Assembly (NCBI GenBank): GCA_017558545.1
Contig: JAFYUG010000218.1
Location: 1 to 28,169, forward strand
Reading direction: 5' to 3'
Length of the DNA: 28,169 bases
Source: Oscillospiraceae bacterium
GTDB lineage: Bacteria > Bacillota > Clostridia > Oscillospirales > Oscillospiraceae
Part shown: piece by piece, positions 1 through 8,076 of the stretch
Layout of the letters: each line of letters starts with the position of its first letter
Position numbering within the stretch: the stretch's first letter is position 1
The notes under the pieces: generated by a model
Database searches by the model: none
Seen by the model: the letters and a program-made list of their open reading frames with translations, nothing else
Told to the model about the DNA's origin: nothing
Program-made: the position numbers and the translations under genes

Positions 1-1
1 T

Positions 2-1147
2 ACCGTAACCGCCGCCGGTCACACCGAGGGCAAAGAAGTAGTAGAAAACGAAGTAGCCGCCACCTGCACTGTAGACGGTAGCTACGACACCGTGGTCTAC
101 TGCTCCGTTTGCGATGCAGAGCTGAGCAGAGTTCCCACTAAAGTACCCGCCGCCGGCCATACCATCGTAAAGGTAGAGGCAAAGGCACCCACTTGCACCG
201 AGGCTGGTTACGAAGCATACGAGTACTGCACTGAGTGCGACTACACCACTTACGTTGAGATTCCTGCCGCACATAAAATGGTAGATGTAGAGGCAAAGGA
301 AGCCACCTGCACTGAGGACGGTTATACCGCCCACAAGGCATGCTCCGAATGTGACTACACCGTAGGCAAGGAAGTAATTGCCGCCGGTCACACTATCGCT
401 CAGGGTGATGCCCAGACCAAGACCTGCGAACAGGATGGCTGGGAAGCCTATGAGTACTGCACCGAGTGCGACTATACCACTAAGGTAGTTATCCCCGCCG
501 GTCACACTATCGCTCAGGGTGAAGCCCAGACCAAGACCTGCACTCAGGACGGTTGGGCAGCATACGAGTACTGCACTGAGTGCGACTATACCACCAAGGA
601 AGTCATTCCTGCTGGTCACAACTATGTAGACGGCAAGTGCGATGCTTGCGGCGAAGCTGATCCCGATGCTTTCGCACCCGATATCGGTAACGGTAGCACC
701 ATCGTCGCTCCTGATGAAAACGGCACTGTAACCGTTAAGGCAGGAAACACCAGCATAGTTGTTAATGCGCCCGAAGGCGGTTGGAAGATTGGTGAAAACA
801 CCTTCACCGTATCTAGCACCAATGACGTAGCCTGCGTTGTTCTTGTCAAGACCGGCGACAGCTACAAGGTGCTCTCCGCAACTACCGATGAAAATAGTAT
901 TCATAGCTTCACTGCAACTCTTGACGCAGACAGCGAAATAGTAGTTGCAATGAAAGGTGACATAGATGGAAATGGACGACTGTCAGCAACTGAGGTCACC
1001 CAGATCAAATATGCTCAGCTTAGAAAGGGAAGCTTGGATACACTTCAGACCCACATCGCAGACGTGGATGGCAACGGACGACTGTCAGCAACCGAAGTCA
1101 CCCAGATAAAGTACGCACAGCTTAGAAAAGGCTCGCTTTCTTGGTAA
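2..1147 (+). CDS. 5'-truncated cell-surface protein: Cys/His-rich repeats, a beta-rich module and a C-terminal dockerin
   Basis: The frame is open from base 2 (TVTAAGHTEGKEVVENEVAATC...), so the true start is upstream of the window. Repeats have the form TC-x11-12-CxxC-x9-15-(G)H. The C-terminus has two EF-hand-like dockerin segments, GDIDGNGRLSATE and ADVDGNGRLSATE. Confidence 0.85.
   Translation, partial: TVTAAGHTEGKEVVENEVAATCTVDGSYDTVVYCSVCDAELSRVPTKVPAAGHTIVKVEAKAPTCTEAGYEAYEYCTECDYTTYVEIPAAHKMVDVEAKEATCTEDGYTAHKACSECDYTVGKEVIAAGHTIAQGDAQTKTCEQDGWEAYEYCTECDYTTKVVIPAGHTIAQGEAQTKTCTQDGWAAYEYCTECDYTTKEVIPAGHNYVDGKCDACGEADPDAFAPDIGNGSTIVAPDENGTVTVKAGNTSIVVNAPEGGWKIGENTFTVSSTNDVACVVLVKTGDSYKVLSATTDENSIHSFTATLDADSEIVVAMKGDIDGNGRLSATEVTQIKYAQLRKGSLDTLQTHIADVDGNGRLSATEVTQIKYAQLRKGSLSW
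11..650 (+). repeat. Intragenic tandem Cys3-His repeats (about 38 aa); five full units plus a terminal H-x5-CxxC cap
   Basis: The units starting at 383 and 497 are near-identical at DNA level with a 114-nt period (gccggtcacactatcgctcagggtga...). Confidence 0.85.
956..1144 (+). repeat. Dockerin duplicated segment: 24 identical aa at a 102-nt period
   Basis: 965-1036 and 1067-1138 both encode DGNGRLSATEVTQIKYAQLRKGSL. Confidence 0.85.
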
Positions 1148-1162
1148 AAGGAGAAGATTATT

Positions 1163-3265
1163 ATGAAAAAAATACTTTCCGTTTTTCTGGCAATAGTCAT
1201 GATTATGTCTCTCTGCAGCGGCATCATTGTTAATGCAGCCGGAGACGATGCAGTTATTGCCGTGGCACAGGGCAATTACACCCAGAGCGCTGATGCACAG
1301 GATATCACCATTCGCATTTCTACCCCCGGTGTAGGAGAAGCATACTGCACCTTTGGTATTTATGAAACTGTTCTTCCTGAAGGTTTTGTGGTTAAGAGCA
1401 TTACCAACAACAATACTAATCAGCCCATCGTTGAAGATGATGTAAATCTGGATTATGGTGCACTTACCTATTTCTCCACCAGCGATAATATCCCCGCTGA
1501 TACTTACTACGATGTAGTTATCTCTGCTCCTGCTAATGCTATTGGCGATGTAGAAGTTACTTTTGTTGGCATCGAAGTCGCAAAGGATGGCGGTGATACC
1601 ATGCTGGCTGAAATTGATGAACTCACTACCACCGTCACCATCAACGCTGCTCCCACTGCAGCCTACACCGCTGAGCTCGCAGGTCCTGCAGCTGCTCTTA
1701 CCGTAGGTGATGAGTTCACTGTTGACGTTGTTGTTGGCGGTACCACCGGCAATTTTGCATCCTCCAAGGTAGTTCTTACCTATGATTCCAGCATTCTGGG
1801 CTTCGATAAGGCTGATGCAAAGAACGTTCTGAACGGCGCAGAGATCGATGTTACTAACGGCACCATCACTATCATCGACCATGGTGTTACTCAGCAGAAC
1901 GGCACCGCATACACCCTCAACTTTAAGGCAAACACTGCAAGCGAAGGCACTAACGTTGCCCTCACCGCAGCTGCATTCAGCACCGCAGAAAATGCAGATG
2001 ATCAGGACCTCACCCCCGCTGATCCCCAGACCGATACCCTCACTGTAGTTATCAACAAGGCACAGCACAGCGTAGAGCTTCCTGCTATCTACACCGGTGC
2101 TGACAGCGTTGAAGATGGCGCAAGCTATACCTTCAAGCCCGAAACTGCCACCGGCGCATACTACAACTACGGCACTCCCACCGCAACCATGGATGGCCAG
2201 CCTGTAGCTGTTACCGGCGATGCAACCAACGGCTGGACTATCGTAGGCGTTACCGGCGACATCGTAATTAGCGGTACTCGTACTGAGAAGACCTACAACT
2301 TTGATATTACCGGCGAAGGCAGCGAACTCGTTACTGCTTCCGGCATTCCCACCTACAACACCGCATTCAGCTTCACTCTCCCCGAAGGACAGGATGTTGA
2401 AGGCATCAACGATGGTTACCACTATGAGATAGTTTCCGTCACTGTTGGCGGCAACGAGGCTGGTAGCTATGACGCAAACTCCAGAACCTATACCATCGTA
2501 GGCACCGATGTAACCGGCGATATCGCAGTTACCGTTAAGAAGGTTGTCGACAAGGCTAGCACCGTTACTGTTACTGTTAACGGCAGCGATGTTAAGGTTG
2601 ACGGCGCCAGTTCCGTTACCGTTGTAAAGGGCAGCGAAGTTACCCTTACCATGACCCCCGAAACCGGTTACGACTACACTGTTAAGGTTGGCGACACTGA
2701 CGTAACTGCTGATATTGCAGATGGCGAATACAAGTTCAATGCCGACGCATCTGTCACTGTTACCGCAACCAAGACCCTCGACATTGAAAGCGCTAAGGTT
2801 TATGAGTATGTCCAGCTGAACGCTGAAAAGGCTGAGAACGGCAGCAAGATGTGGCTTGTCACCATCAATGGCAACGGCACTGAGCAGATTGCAGGCAAGA
2901 CCTATACCTACGGTGGACAGAATATGCTTTGGTCCGATAAGTATCAGGCCTATGCAATTCTTGTTTGCGCAGATGCAGAGCCCAGTGTTACCGGCGGTTT
3001 CGCTCTGATTACTGTTGATGCTATTCCCACTGTCAACTACGACATGGACGTCAACGGTTCCGGCATCAAGGACGCCAACGATGCACAGCTGATTTACAAC
3101 ATGTACACTGCTGTTTACGGCGGCTTTACCACCAAGGTTCCCATGGAGAAGTTCCTGGCAGCTGACCAGAACGCAGATATCAACAATATCGGTGAGACCT
3201 ATGGTCTGCAGGTAGCTGACTCTCGCGTTATCATTAGCTATCTTATTAGCAATCTCAACGGTTGA
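1163..3265 (+). CDS. Secreted adaptor-scaffoldin-like protein: signal peptide, 1-2 cohesin-like domains, 3 Ig-like/divergent InlB-B repeats, X-like module and atypical dockerin
   Basis: SD aaggag precedes the ATG. Signal peptide is MKKILSVFLAIVMIMSLCSGIIVNA. Cohesin-like pattern GDEFTVDVVV...FASSKVVLTYDSSILGF lies at about 1661-2060. Dockerin-like DVNGSGIKDANDAQLIYNMY...ADQNAD starts at 3041. Confidence 0.75.
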   Translation: MKKILSVFLAIVMIMSLCSGIIVNAAGDDAVIAVAQGNYTQSADAQDITIRISTPGVGEAYCTFGIYETVLPEGFVVKSITNNNTNQPIVEDDVNLDYGALTYFSTSDNIPADTYYDVVISAPANAIGDVEVTFVGIEVAKDGGDTMLAEIDELTTTVTINAAPTAAYTAELAGPAAALTVGDEFTVDVVVGGTTGNFASSKVVLTYDSSILGFDKADAKNVLNGAEIDVTNGTITIIDHGVTQQNGTAYTLNFKANTASEGTNVALTAAAFSTAENADDQDLTPADPQTDTLTVVINKAQHSVELPAIYTGADSVEDGASYTFKPETATGAYYNYGTPTATMDGQPVAVTGDATNGWTIVGVTGDIVISGTRTEKTYNFDITGEGSELVTASGIPTYNTAFSFTLPEGQDVEGINDGYHYEIVSVTVGGNEAGSYDANSRTYTIVGTDVTGDIAVTVKKVVDKASTVTVTVNGSDVKVDGASSVTVVKGSEVTLTMTPETGYDYTVKVGDTDVTADIADGEYKFNADASVTVTATKTLDIESAKVYEYVQLNAEKAENGSKMWLVTINGNGTEQIAGKTYTYGGQNMLWSDKYQAYAILVCADAEPSVTGGFALITVDAIPTVNYDMDVNGSGIKDANDAQLIYNMYTAVYGGFTTKVPMEKFLAADQNADINNIGETYGLQVADSRVIISYLISNLNG

Positions 3266-3352
3266 TTTAGTTCGTTAAGAAACCTGTTCCTTTTCTGACA
3301 GCAGGGGAGGGGCAGACCGCATAATCCACAAGAGTGGTTTGTGAAAGACATA

Positions 3353-3393
3353 CTGCTTGGGCAGAGGGAGATTTTCTCCCTCTGCTCAAGCAG
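3353..3393 (+). other. 19-bp intergenic stem-loop without a U-tract (possible mRNA stability/processing element)
   Basis: ctgcttgggcagagggaga-ttt-tctccctctgctcaagcag, with one G.U pair. Confidence 0.7.
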
Positions 3394-3444
3394 CCCAATA
3401 AAACCTGTATTTATGTTCCAAATTCGAAAGGGGAAGATATTGAT

Positions 3445-4341
3445 ATGAAAAAAAGAATAAGTTTCCTCATTGCGATCTTCCTCTTGCTGTCTGTCATATC
3501 GATTCCGGTGTTTGCGGCCGGAGAGGAGCCAACCTTTGCTTTTGAGCTGAGTGTTGATGGCAGCGATACAAAGGAGGTAAAAACGGGAGATATAATAACC
3601 GTTACTTTGCACCTTGTCAGAACGGATTCTGACGAAGCATACACCATGTATGCCATGCAGGATGAAATTCGTTATAACAGCGAGTTTTTTGAACTGATAG
3701 AAGAAAGTGTCTTGCTCAATGACGGCGTTCAATACACAGACATTTCAGTTTCCGGTGGCTACAGAGAGCTTTATATGACTTTCCTTTCTTTCGGAGAAGG
3801 GGAGAATTGGGATGCAAAGACCCGTTTAGGTTCCTTCCAGTTAAAGGTTAAAGCCGATAACGGAGTTTCTACCATTACCAATGAAGATTTTCTTATATCT
3901 CTGCCCGATGGCAGTGGCGGTTATCCTTGTGAGGCTAATGAACTTACTGTCATCCTTACATCTGAGTGCGTGGTTGGGTTTGAATCTAACGGTGGCACGA
4001 AGATAGATAGTATAGCCGCGGTTTACGGCGAAACTATTAACCGTCCTGTAGATCCCACCCGAGAAGGTAAGACCTTTGAGGGCTGGTATAAGGATATCCA
4101 CCTTACCGAAGCATGGGATTTCGATAATGATACCGTTAAAGGCAATATGACACTCTATGCAAAATGGGCAGATGCGCCGGTGGAGATAGCTCCGGAGGAG
4201 ACTCCCGTAATCCCCAATGATGAGGGAGGGCGTGGCGGCAATGGTATGTCTATATGGCTTTGGATATTGCTTATAATTATCATTATCATTATTTGTTTCC
4301 TTGTCTATGTTCGTAAAAAAATGAACAAAGGAAAACATTAA
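3445..4341 (+). CDS. Cohesin domain + InlB B-repeat protein with a C-terminal transmembrane anchor
   Basis: Start reassigned to ATG 3445 (SD aagggga; signal peptide MKKRISFLIAIFLLLSVISIPVFA). Cohesin-like GDIITVTLHL...YAMQDEIRYNSEFFELI. B-repeat FESNGG...PTREGKTFEGWY...TLYAKW. Hydrophobic helix followed by RKKMNKGKH. Confidence 0.85.
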   Translation: MKKRISFLIAIFLLLSVISIPVFAAGEEPTFAFELSVDGSDTKEVKTGDIITVTLHLVRTDSDEAYTMYAMQDEIRYNSEFFELIEESVLLNDGVQYTDISVSGGYRELYMTFLSFGEGENWDAKTRLGSFQLKVKADNGVSTITNEDFLISLPDGSGGYPCEANELTVILTSECVVGFESNGGTKIDSIAAVYGETINRPVDPTREGKTFEGWYKDIHLTEAWDFDNDTVKGNMTLYAKWADAPVEIAPEETPVIPNDEGGRGGNGMSIWLWILLIIIIIIICFLVYVRKKMNKGKH

Positions 4342-4346
4342 AAAAG

Positions 4347-4381
4347 GGGACTGTCTGAAGCGACAACAGACCATTAGTCCC
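4347..4381 (+). other. Bulged intergenic stem-loop
   Basis: gggact-gtctg / cagac-(catt)-agtccc; no U-tract. Confidence 0.4.
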
Positions 4382-4453
4382 AAATGACCTTGAATAATAC
4401 AGACTATGTGCTGAAAAAATAAAATGATTAAGATGAAGAAAGGGGAAGAAGCA

Positions 4454-6994
4454 ATGATGAAAAAGTATATAAGCTTCCTCCTTGTGCTTATCCTGATGCT
4501 GTCCGCATTTCCTATGAGTAGCTTCGCAGCAAAGGGTGAGCCCGAATTTAACTTTGAACTTTCAATCGACGGGAAAGATACTAAAGAGGTAGTTCCCGGA
4601 GAGATAATAACTGTAAGCCTGCATCTTAACAGAATTGATGCCAATACTCCTTATACTATGTACGCCATGCAGGATGAAATACGCTATGATAGCAACTTTT
4701 TCCGCCTGGTTGAAGGTAGCGCCGTTATGGCAGATGGCATTAACTACACAGATATTTCAATTCTTGGTGGTTACAGAGAATTTTACATGAACTATCTGTC
4801 TTACTCCAACGGCAAACAGTGGGAAGCCAGAAAATTTGTAGGCTCATTTAAACTTGAAGTTATTGCTGATAGCGGTGTTTCCACAATCACCAATGAGGAC
4901 TATATGGTTTCCTACGAAAGTGGTATGGAATTCTATCCCTCTGAGGCCAATTTTCTTACTGTTGTAGTGTCAACCGATTGCACTGTGCGTTTCGCAACCA
5001 ATGGCGGCACTAAGGTTGATGATGTCAGAGCAATCTATGGCGAAAAGCTTTCCCGTCCTGCAGATCCTACCCGCGATGGCAAAGTGTTTGCAGGTTGGTA
5101 TAAGGATGTCCAGCTGACCCAGCCTTGGGACTTCGATAAGGACACTGTGAAGGGCAATATGACCCTCTACGCCAAGTGGAAGGACGCGGAACTTCCTCCC
5201 ACTTACTATACCCTCAGTTTCAACACCAATAACGGTGTACTGAGCTTTGACCCCAGCGGCAGATATGTTGCCGGTACCGAGATTGTGCTGCCCAATGTCA
5301 CCAGCGCTGGTTTTATATTTACCGGATGGGATGATGGCAACAAAATCTATTCTGCTGGAGATAAGTTTATAATTAATTCTACCGTAACTCTGGTTGCCCA
5401 CTGGAAGGCAGCTACCCCTGAAATGGTAGCGATTACATTCAATGGTGGCGGCGGCGTTATCGCAAATGACCCCAGCGGTGAATATAAGGTAGGCACTGAG
5501 CTTGTTCTTCCCACCGCTACCCGTGAGGGTTATACCTTCAAAGGCTGGAACGACGGAAAGAATATACTTGACGCCGGTATAAGCTTTGTAGTAGGGGAGA
5601 GCATTACTTTTGAGGCTGTATGGGAAAAGCTTCCCGAGGAGAAGGTAAATCTTACCCTGAACCCCAATGGCGGTACAGTTAAAAAGAACCCCAGCGGCGA
5701 ATATGCCCCTGGCAGCGAGGTTATTCTTCCCGCTGCTGAGCGCGAAGGCTTCGTGTTCAAGGGATGGAATGACGGAACCAATGTCCATGTAGCCGGAACT
5801 GCAATTACCCTCACATCCGATGTAAGCATGACGGCGGTGTGGGAGAGTGGTCCCGTTGATAAGGTCACTCTTAAGCTCGACCTCAATGGCGGTAAGCTCA
5901 GTTGGGACCCCAGCGGTGAGCACGCAAAGGGCACTGTTTTGAAGCTGCCCGAGCCCAACCGTGAAGGCTTCGTATTCAAAGGCTGGAAGCTGGGCAAGGT
6001 AGTCTACGCAGCAGGGGATGAGGTCACCCTCAACGAGTCCATGACCTTCAAGGCCTCTTGGGAGAAGGCAAGTATAAGCGCTGAAAAGGTTACTTATACC
6101 CTCGATCTTGATGGCGGCACCCTCGCATGGGACCCCAGCGGTGAATATCCCATTGGCACAGTTGTAAAGCTGCCCGATCCTTATCGCGCAGGCTATGTCC
6201 TTGATTACTGGGAGTGCAACGGCAAGATTTATGCCGCAACCATGGAAATAACCTTGAATAGCTCTATGAGCTTCAAGGCTATCTGGAAAGAAGCAGCTGA
6301 CGAGCCCGTATGGAAGCCCAGTTATAATATTGATTCCCTTATTACTGATAAGCATATTAACTATGTTGTAGGTTATTCTGACGGAACAATTCTTCCCAAG
6401 AACAACATAACCCGCGCTGAGGTTGCAGTTATCTTCTATAGACTCCTATCCGAGGACTTCTTGGCTAAGTATGAGTCTACCAACAATAACTACCTGGATG
6501 TTAAGGATGGAATGTGGCATAACAAGGCCATATCCACCCTCAGCAATGCAGGAATACTCACGGGCTATCCCGATGGCAACTTCTATCCCAACAAAAACAT
6601 AACCCGCGCCGAGCTTGCGGCCATAATTGACCGCTTCGCAGTGGCAGAGGGCGGCGAATCCAGCTTCAGCGACGTAGCAGGCCACTGGGCATATGATAAT
6701 ATTGCTACTGCCGAGGTAAATGGATGGATTACCGGATATCCTGACGGTACATTCCAGCCCAATAAGGCTATAACTCGTGCCGAGACCTTTGCAGTTGTTA
6801 ACAGACTCCTTGGCAGATATGTTAATAGCTTTAATTGTCTGCTGCCCGGCATGAACCAGTTCATAGATAATATGAATACTTCTGCCTGGTATTACTTCGA
6901 TGTTCAGGAAGCAACCAATAACCATGATTATACTCGTCTTGAAGACGGCAAGTATGAGAGATGGACCAAGCTCCTTGAGAACATAGTGTATTAA
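4454..6994 (+). CDS. Cohesin domain + six InlB B-repeats + three SLH domains (cell-wall-anchored scaffoldin-like protein)
   Basis: SD aagggga, then ATG 4454 (or 4457) and a signal peptide. The N-terminal ~240 aa are collinear with the 3445 ORF. Six GW...W repeats follow. SLH motifs: GYSDGTILPKNNITRAE, GYPDGNFYPNKNITRAE, GYPDGTFQPNKAITRAE. Confidence 0.9.
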   Translation: MMKKYISFLLVLILMLSAFPMSSFAAKGEPEFNFELSIDGKDTKEVVPGEIITVSLHLNRIDANTPYTMYAMQDEIRYDSNFFRLVEGSAVMADGINYTDISILGGYREFYMNYLSYSNGKQWEARKFVGSFKLEVIADSGVSTITNEDYMVSYESGMEFYPSEANFLTVVVSTDCTVRFATNGGTKVDDVRAIYGEKLSRPADPTRDGKVFAGWYKDVQLTQPWDFDKDTVKGNMTLYAKWKDAELPPTYYTLSFNTNNGVLSFDPSGRYVAGTEIVLPNVTSAGFIFTGWDDGNKIYSAGDKFIINSTVTLVAHWKAATPEMVAITFNGGGGVIANDPSGEYKVGTELVLPTATREGYTFKGWNDGKNILDAGISFVVGESITFEAVWEKLPEEKVNLTLNPNGGTVKKNPSGEYAPGSEVILPAAEREGFVFKGWNDGTNVHVAGTAITLTSDVSMTAVWESGPVDKVTLKLDLNGGKLSWDPSGEHAKGTVLKLPEPNREGFVFKGWKLGKVVYAAGDEVTLNESMTFKASWEKASISAEKVTYTLDLDGGTLAWDPSGEYPIGTVVKLPDPYRAGYVLDYWECNGKIYAATMEITLNSSMSFKAIWKEAADEPVWKPSYNIDSLITDKHINYVVGYSDGTILPKNNITRAEVAVIFYRLLSEDFLAKYESTNNNYLDVKDGMWHNKAISTLSNAGILTGYPDGNFYPNKNITRAELAAIIDRFAVAEGGESSFSDVAGHWAYDNIATAEVNGWITGYPDGTFQPNKAITRAETFAVVNRLLGRYVNSFNCLLPGMNQFIDNMNTSAWYYFDVQEATNNHDYTRLEDGKYERWTKLLENIVY
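4980..6290 (+). repeat. Six tandem InlB B-type (Listeria-Bacteroides) repeats of about 73 aa
   Basis: A recurrent (D/N)PSG motif (ccccagcgg) appears about every 220 nt in repeats 2-6, with conserved W residues. Confidence 0.8.
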
Positions 6995-6996
6995 TT

Positions 6997-7051
6997 AAAT
7001 AAAAATAACTTGATGGAAACACAATTTGTTCCATCAAGTTATTTTTATTTT
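6997..7051 (+). terminator. Intrinsic terminator (bidirectional-type) closing the surface cluster
   Basis: Perfect 22-bp inverted repeat aaataaaaataacttgatggaa / ttccatcaagttatttttattt. Confidence 0.85.
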
Positions 7052-7343
7052 AAAGAGAAGGGGGGTGTTAATAAATATGTGATCAAATATATTAACGCGA
7101 ACGATAATAATTAAATTAATTGATATTATAAAGATAATAGTATCAAAGCATAAAATCAAAGCAACAAATTAAGTACAATATTCCTTAGTCGAAATAATAT
7201 TACGATTTTGTGGAGAGGGGACCAGTAAAAATAAGCAACCTATTAATAATTAGTAAAGAATTGTGAAATACTATTCAAATGTTAAAATTTATCAACAATT
7301 AAACAAAATAAAGATTTTGCGCAAAAAGGGGGAGCGAAATTAA

Positions 7344-7370
7344 CGAACGAGCCGTATTGCAGCCCGTTCG
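7344..7370 (-). terminator. Possible terminator after DUF6873
   Basis: Stem cgaacgagc / gcccgttcg with one mismatch; ttaattt follows on the minus strand. Confidence 0.4.
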
Positions 7371-7386
7371 CTATTAATTAATGATA

Positions 7387-8076
7387 TTATATAACAATGG
7401 CTCCGCCGATATCTATCAGCTTATCATTTAATAGATTAATATAGTTAAAACCGCTATTGTGTATGAATTTAGAGATTTCTTCTCCGTTTGAGTGAGTTTT
7501 TATATTACCAATAAAGTATACAGTATTTTCACATACAAATGACGCGCCGCCAATAAAGCCGTAATTATACCCCGGCAATTCTATTTCTCCGCTCTTAATT
7601 AAAAGAACGTCAAAACCTTTTTCGGTTAATGTATTTGCTATACCGACGTCTGATGTTATTACCGCTTGGTCATTAAGGCACAAAGCTGTACATCTGCAAT
7701 ATCCTTGCTTTACAGAAATAATCTCAGTGCATATATTAAGTATTTCTTCATCTGTAAATTTAGGATTATGTAATAATTTATCACCTATTAATGCGCAGCA
7801 TAAATTTACATCATTCGGGTATTGGGAATTCTGCTTAAATTTGCTATATTCTACGTTATAAGCCCCATTAGTGAAAAAATTAACAAGGTTGTAGCGGCGC
7901 AGATAATCTGCCATAATTATATGATTTTTGTACTTAAAAACGGACAAATCACAGTGTCCGGCTAGTCTTTGGTCTAAATTGGGGTTATCAGGGATGTATA
8001 ATACATCAAAATTTTGATTTTTGAGGGGAATTTCCAGTAATTCCTTATACCTCTCCCCTATTAATACTGTTTTCAT
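7387..8076 (-). CDS. DUF6873 family protein (GME-fold-like)
   Basis: Motifs GHCDL, YPNDV, KQGYCRC, ITSD.GI and LPGYNYGFIGGAS. ATGA overlap with the radA stop. Confidence 0.7.
   Translation of the reverse strand: MKTVLIGERYKELLEIPLKNQNFDVLYIPDNPNLDQRLAGHCDLSVFKYKNHIIMADYLRRYNLVNFFTNGAYNVEYSKFKQNSQYPNDVNLCCALIGDKLLHNPKFTDEEILNICTEIISVKQGYCRCTALCLNDQAVITSDVGIANTLTEKGFDVLLIKSGEIELPGYNYGFIGGASFVCENTVYFIGNIKTHSNGEEISKFIHNSGFNYINLLNDKLIDIGGAIVI

Noticed and set aside
379-612. CRISPR-like direct repeats
   Set aside because: These are in-frame 114-nt coding repeats without unique spacers, and no cas genes are present.
1085-2422. 445-aa minus-strand ORF; similar cases at 3841-4644 and 4970-6355
   Set aside because: These are antisense shadows of well-supported, codon-biased surface genes. 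They have no SD and no recognisable motif.
3334-3444. ORF-track N-terminal extensions of gene 3; likewise 19659-19784 for yajC and 19197-19217 for TIGR04086
   Set aside because: They run through hairpins or promoters. The SD and signal-peptide evidence favours the downstream ATGs.
4190-4341. Sortase LPxTG signal in gene 3
   Set aside because: No LPxTG-like pentapeptide precedes the hydrophobic helix, so it is treated as a plain TM anchor.
7261-7280. Rex-like box TTGTGAA...
   Set aside because: The right half does not match TTCACAA at the required spacing, and the site lies between convergent genes.
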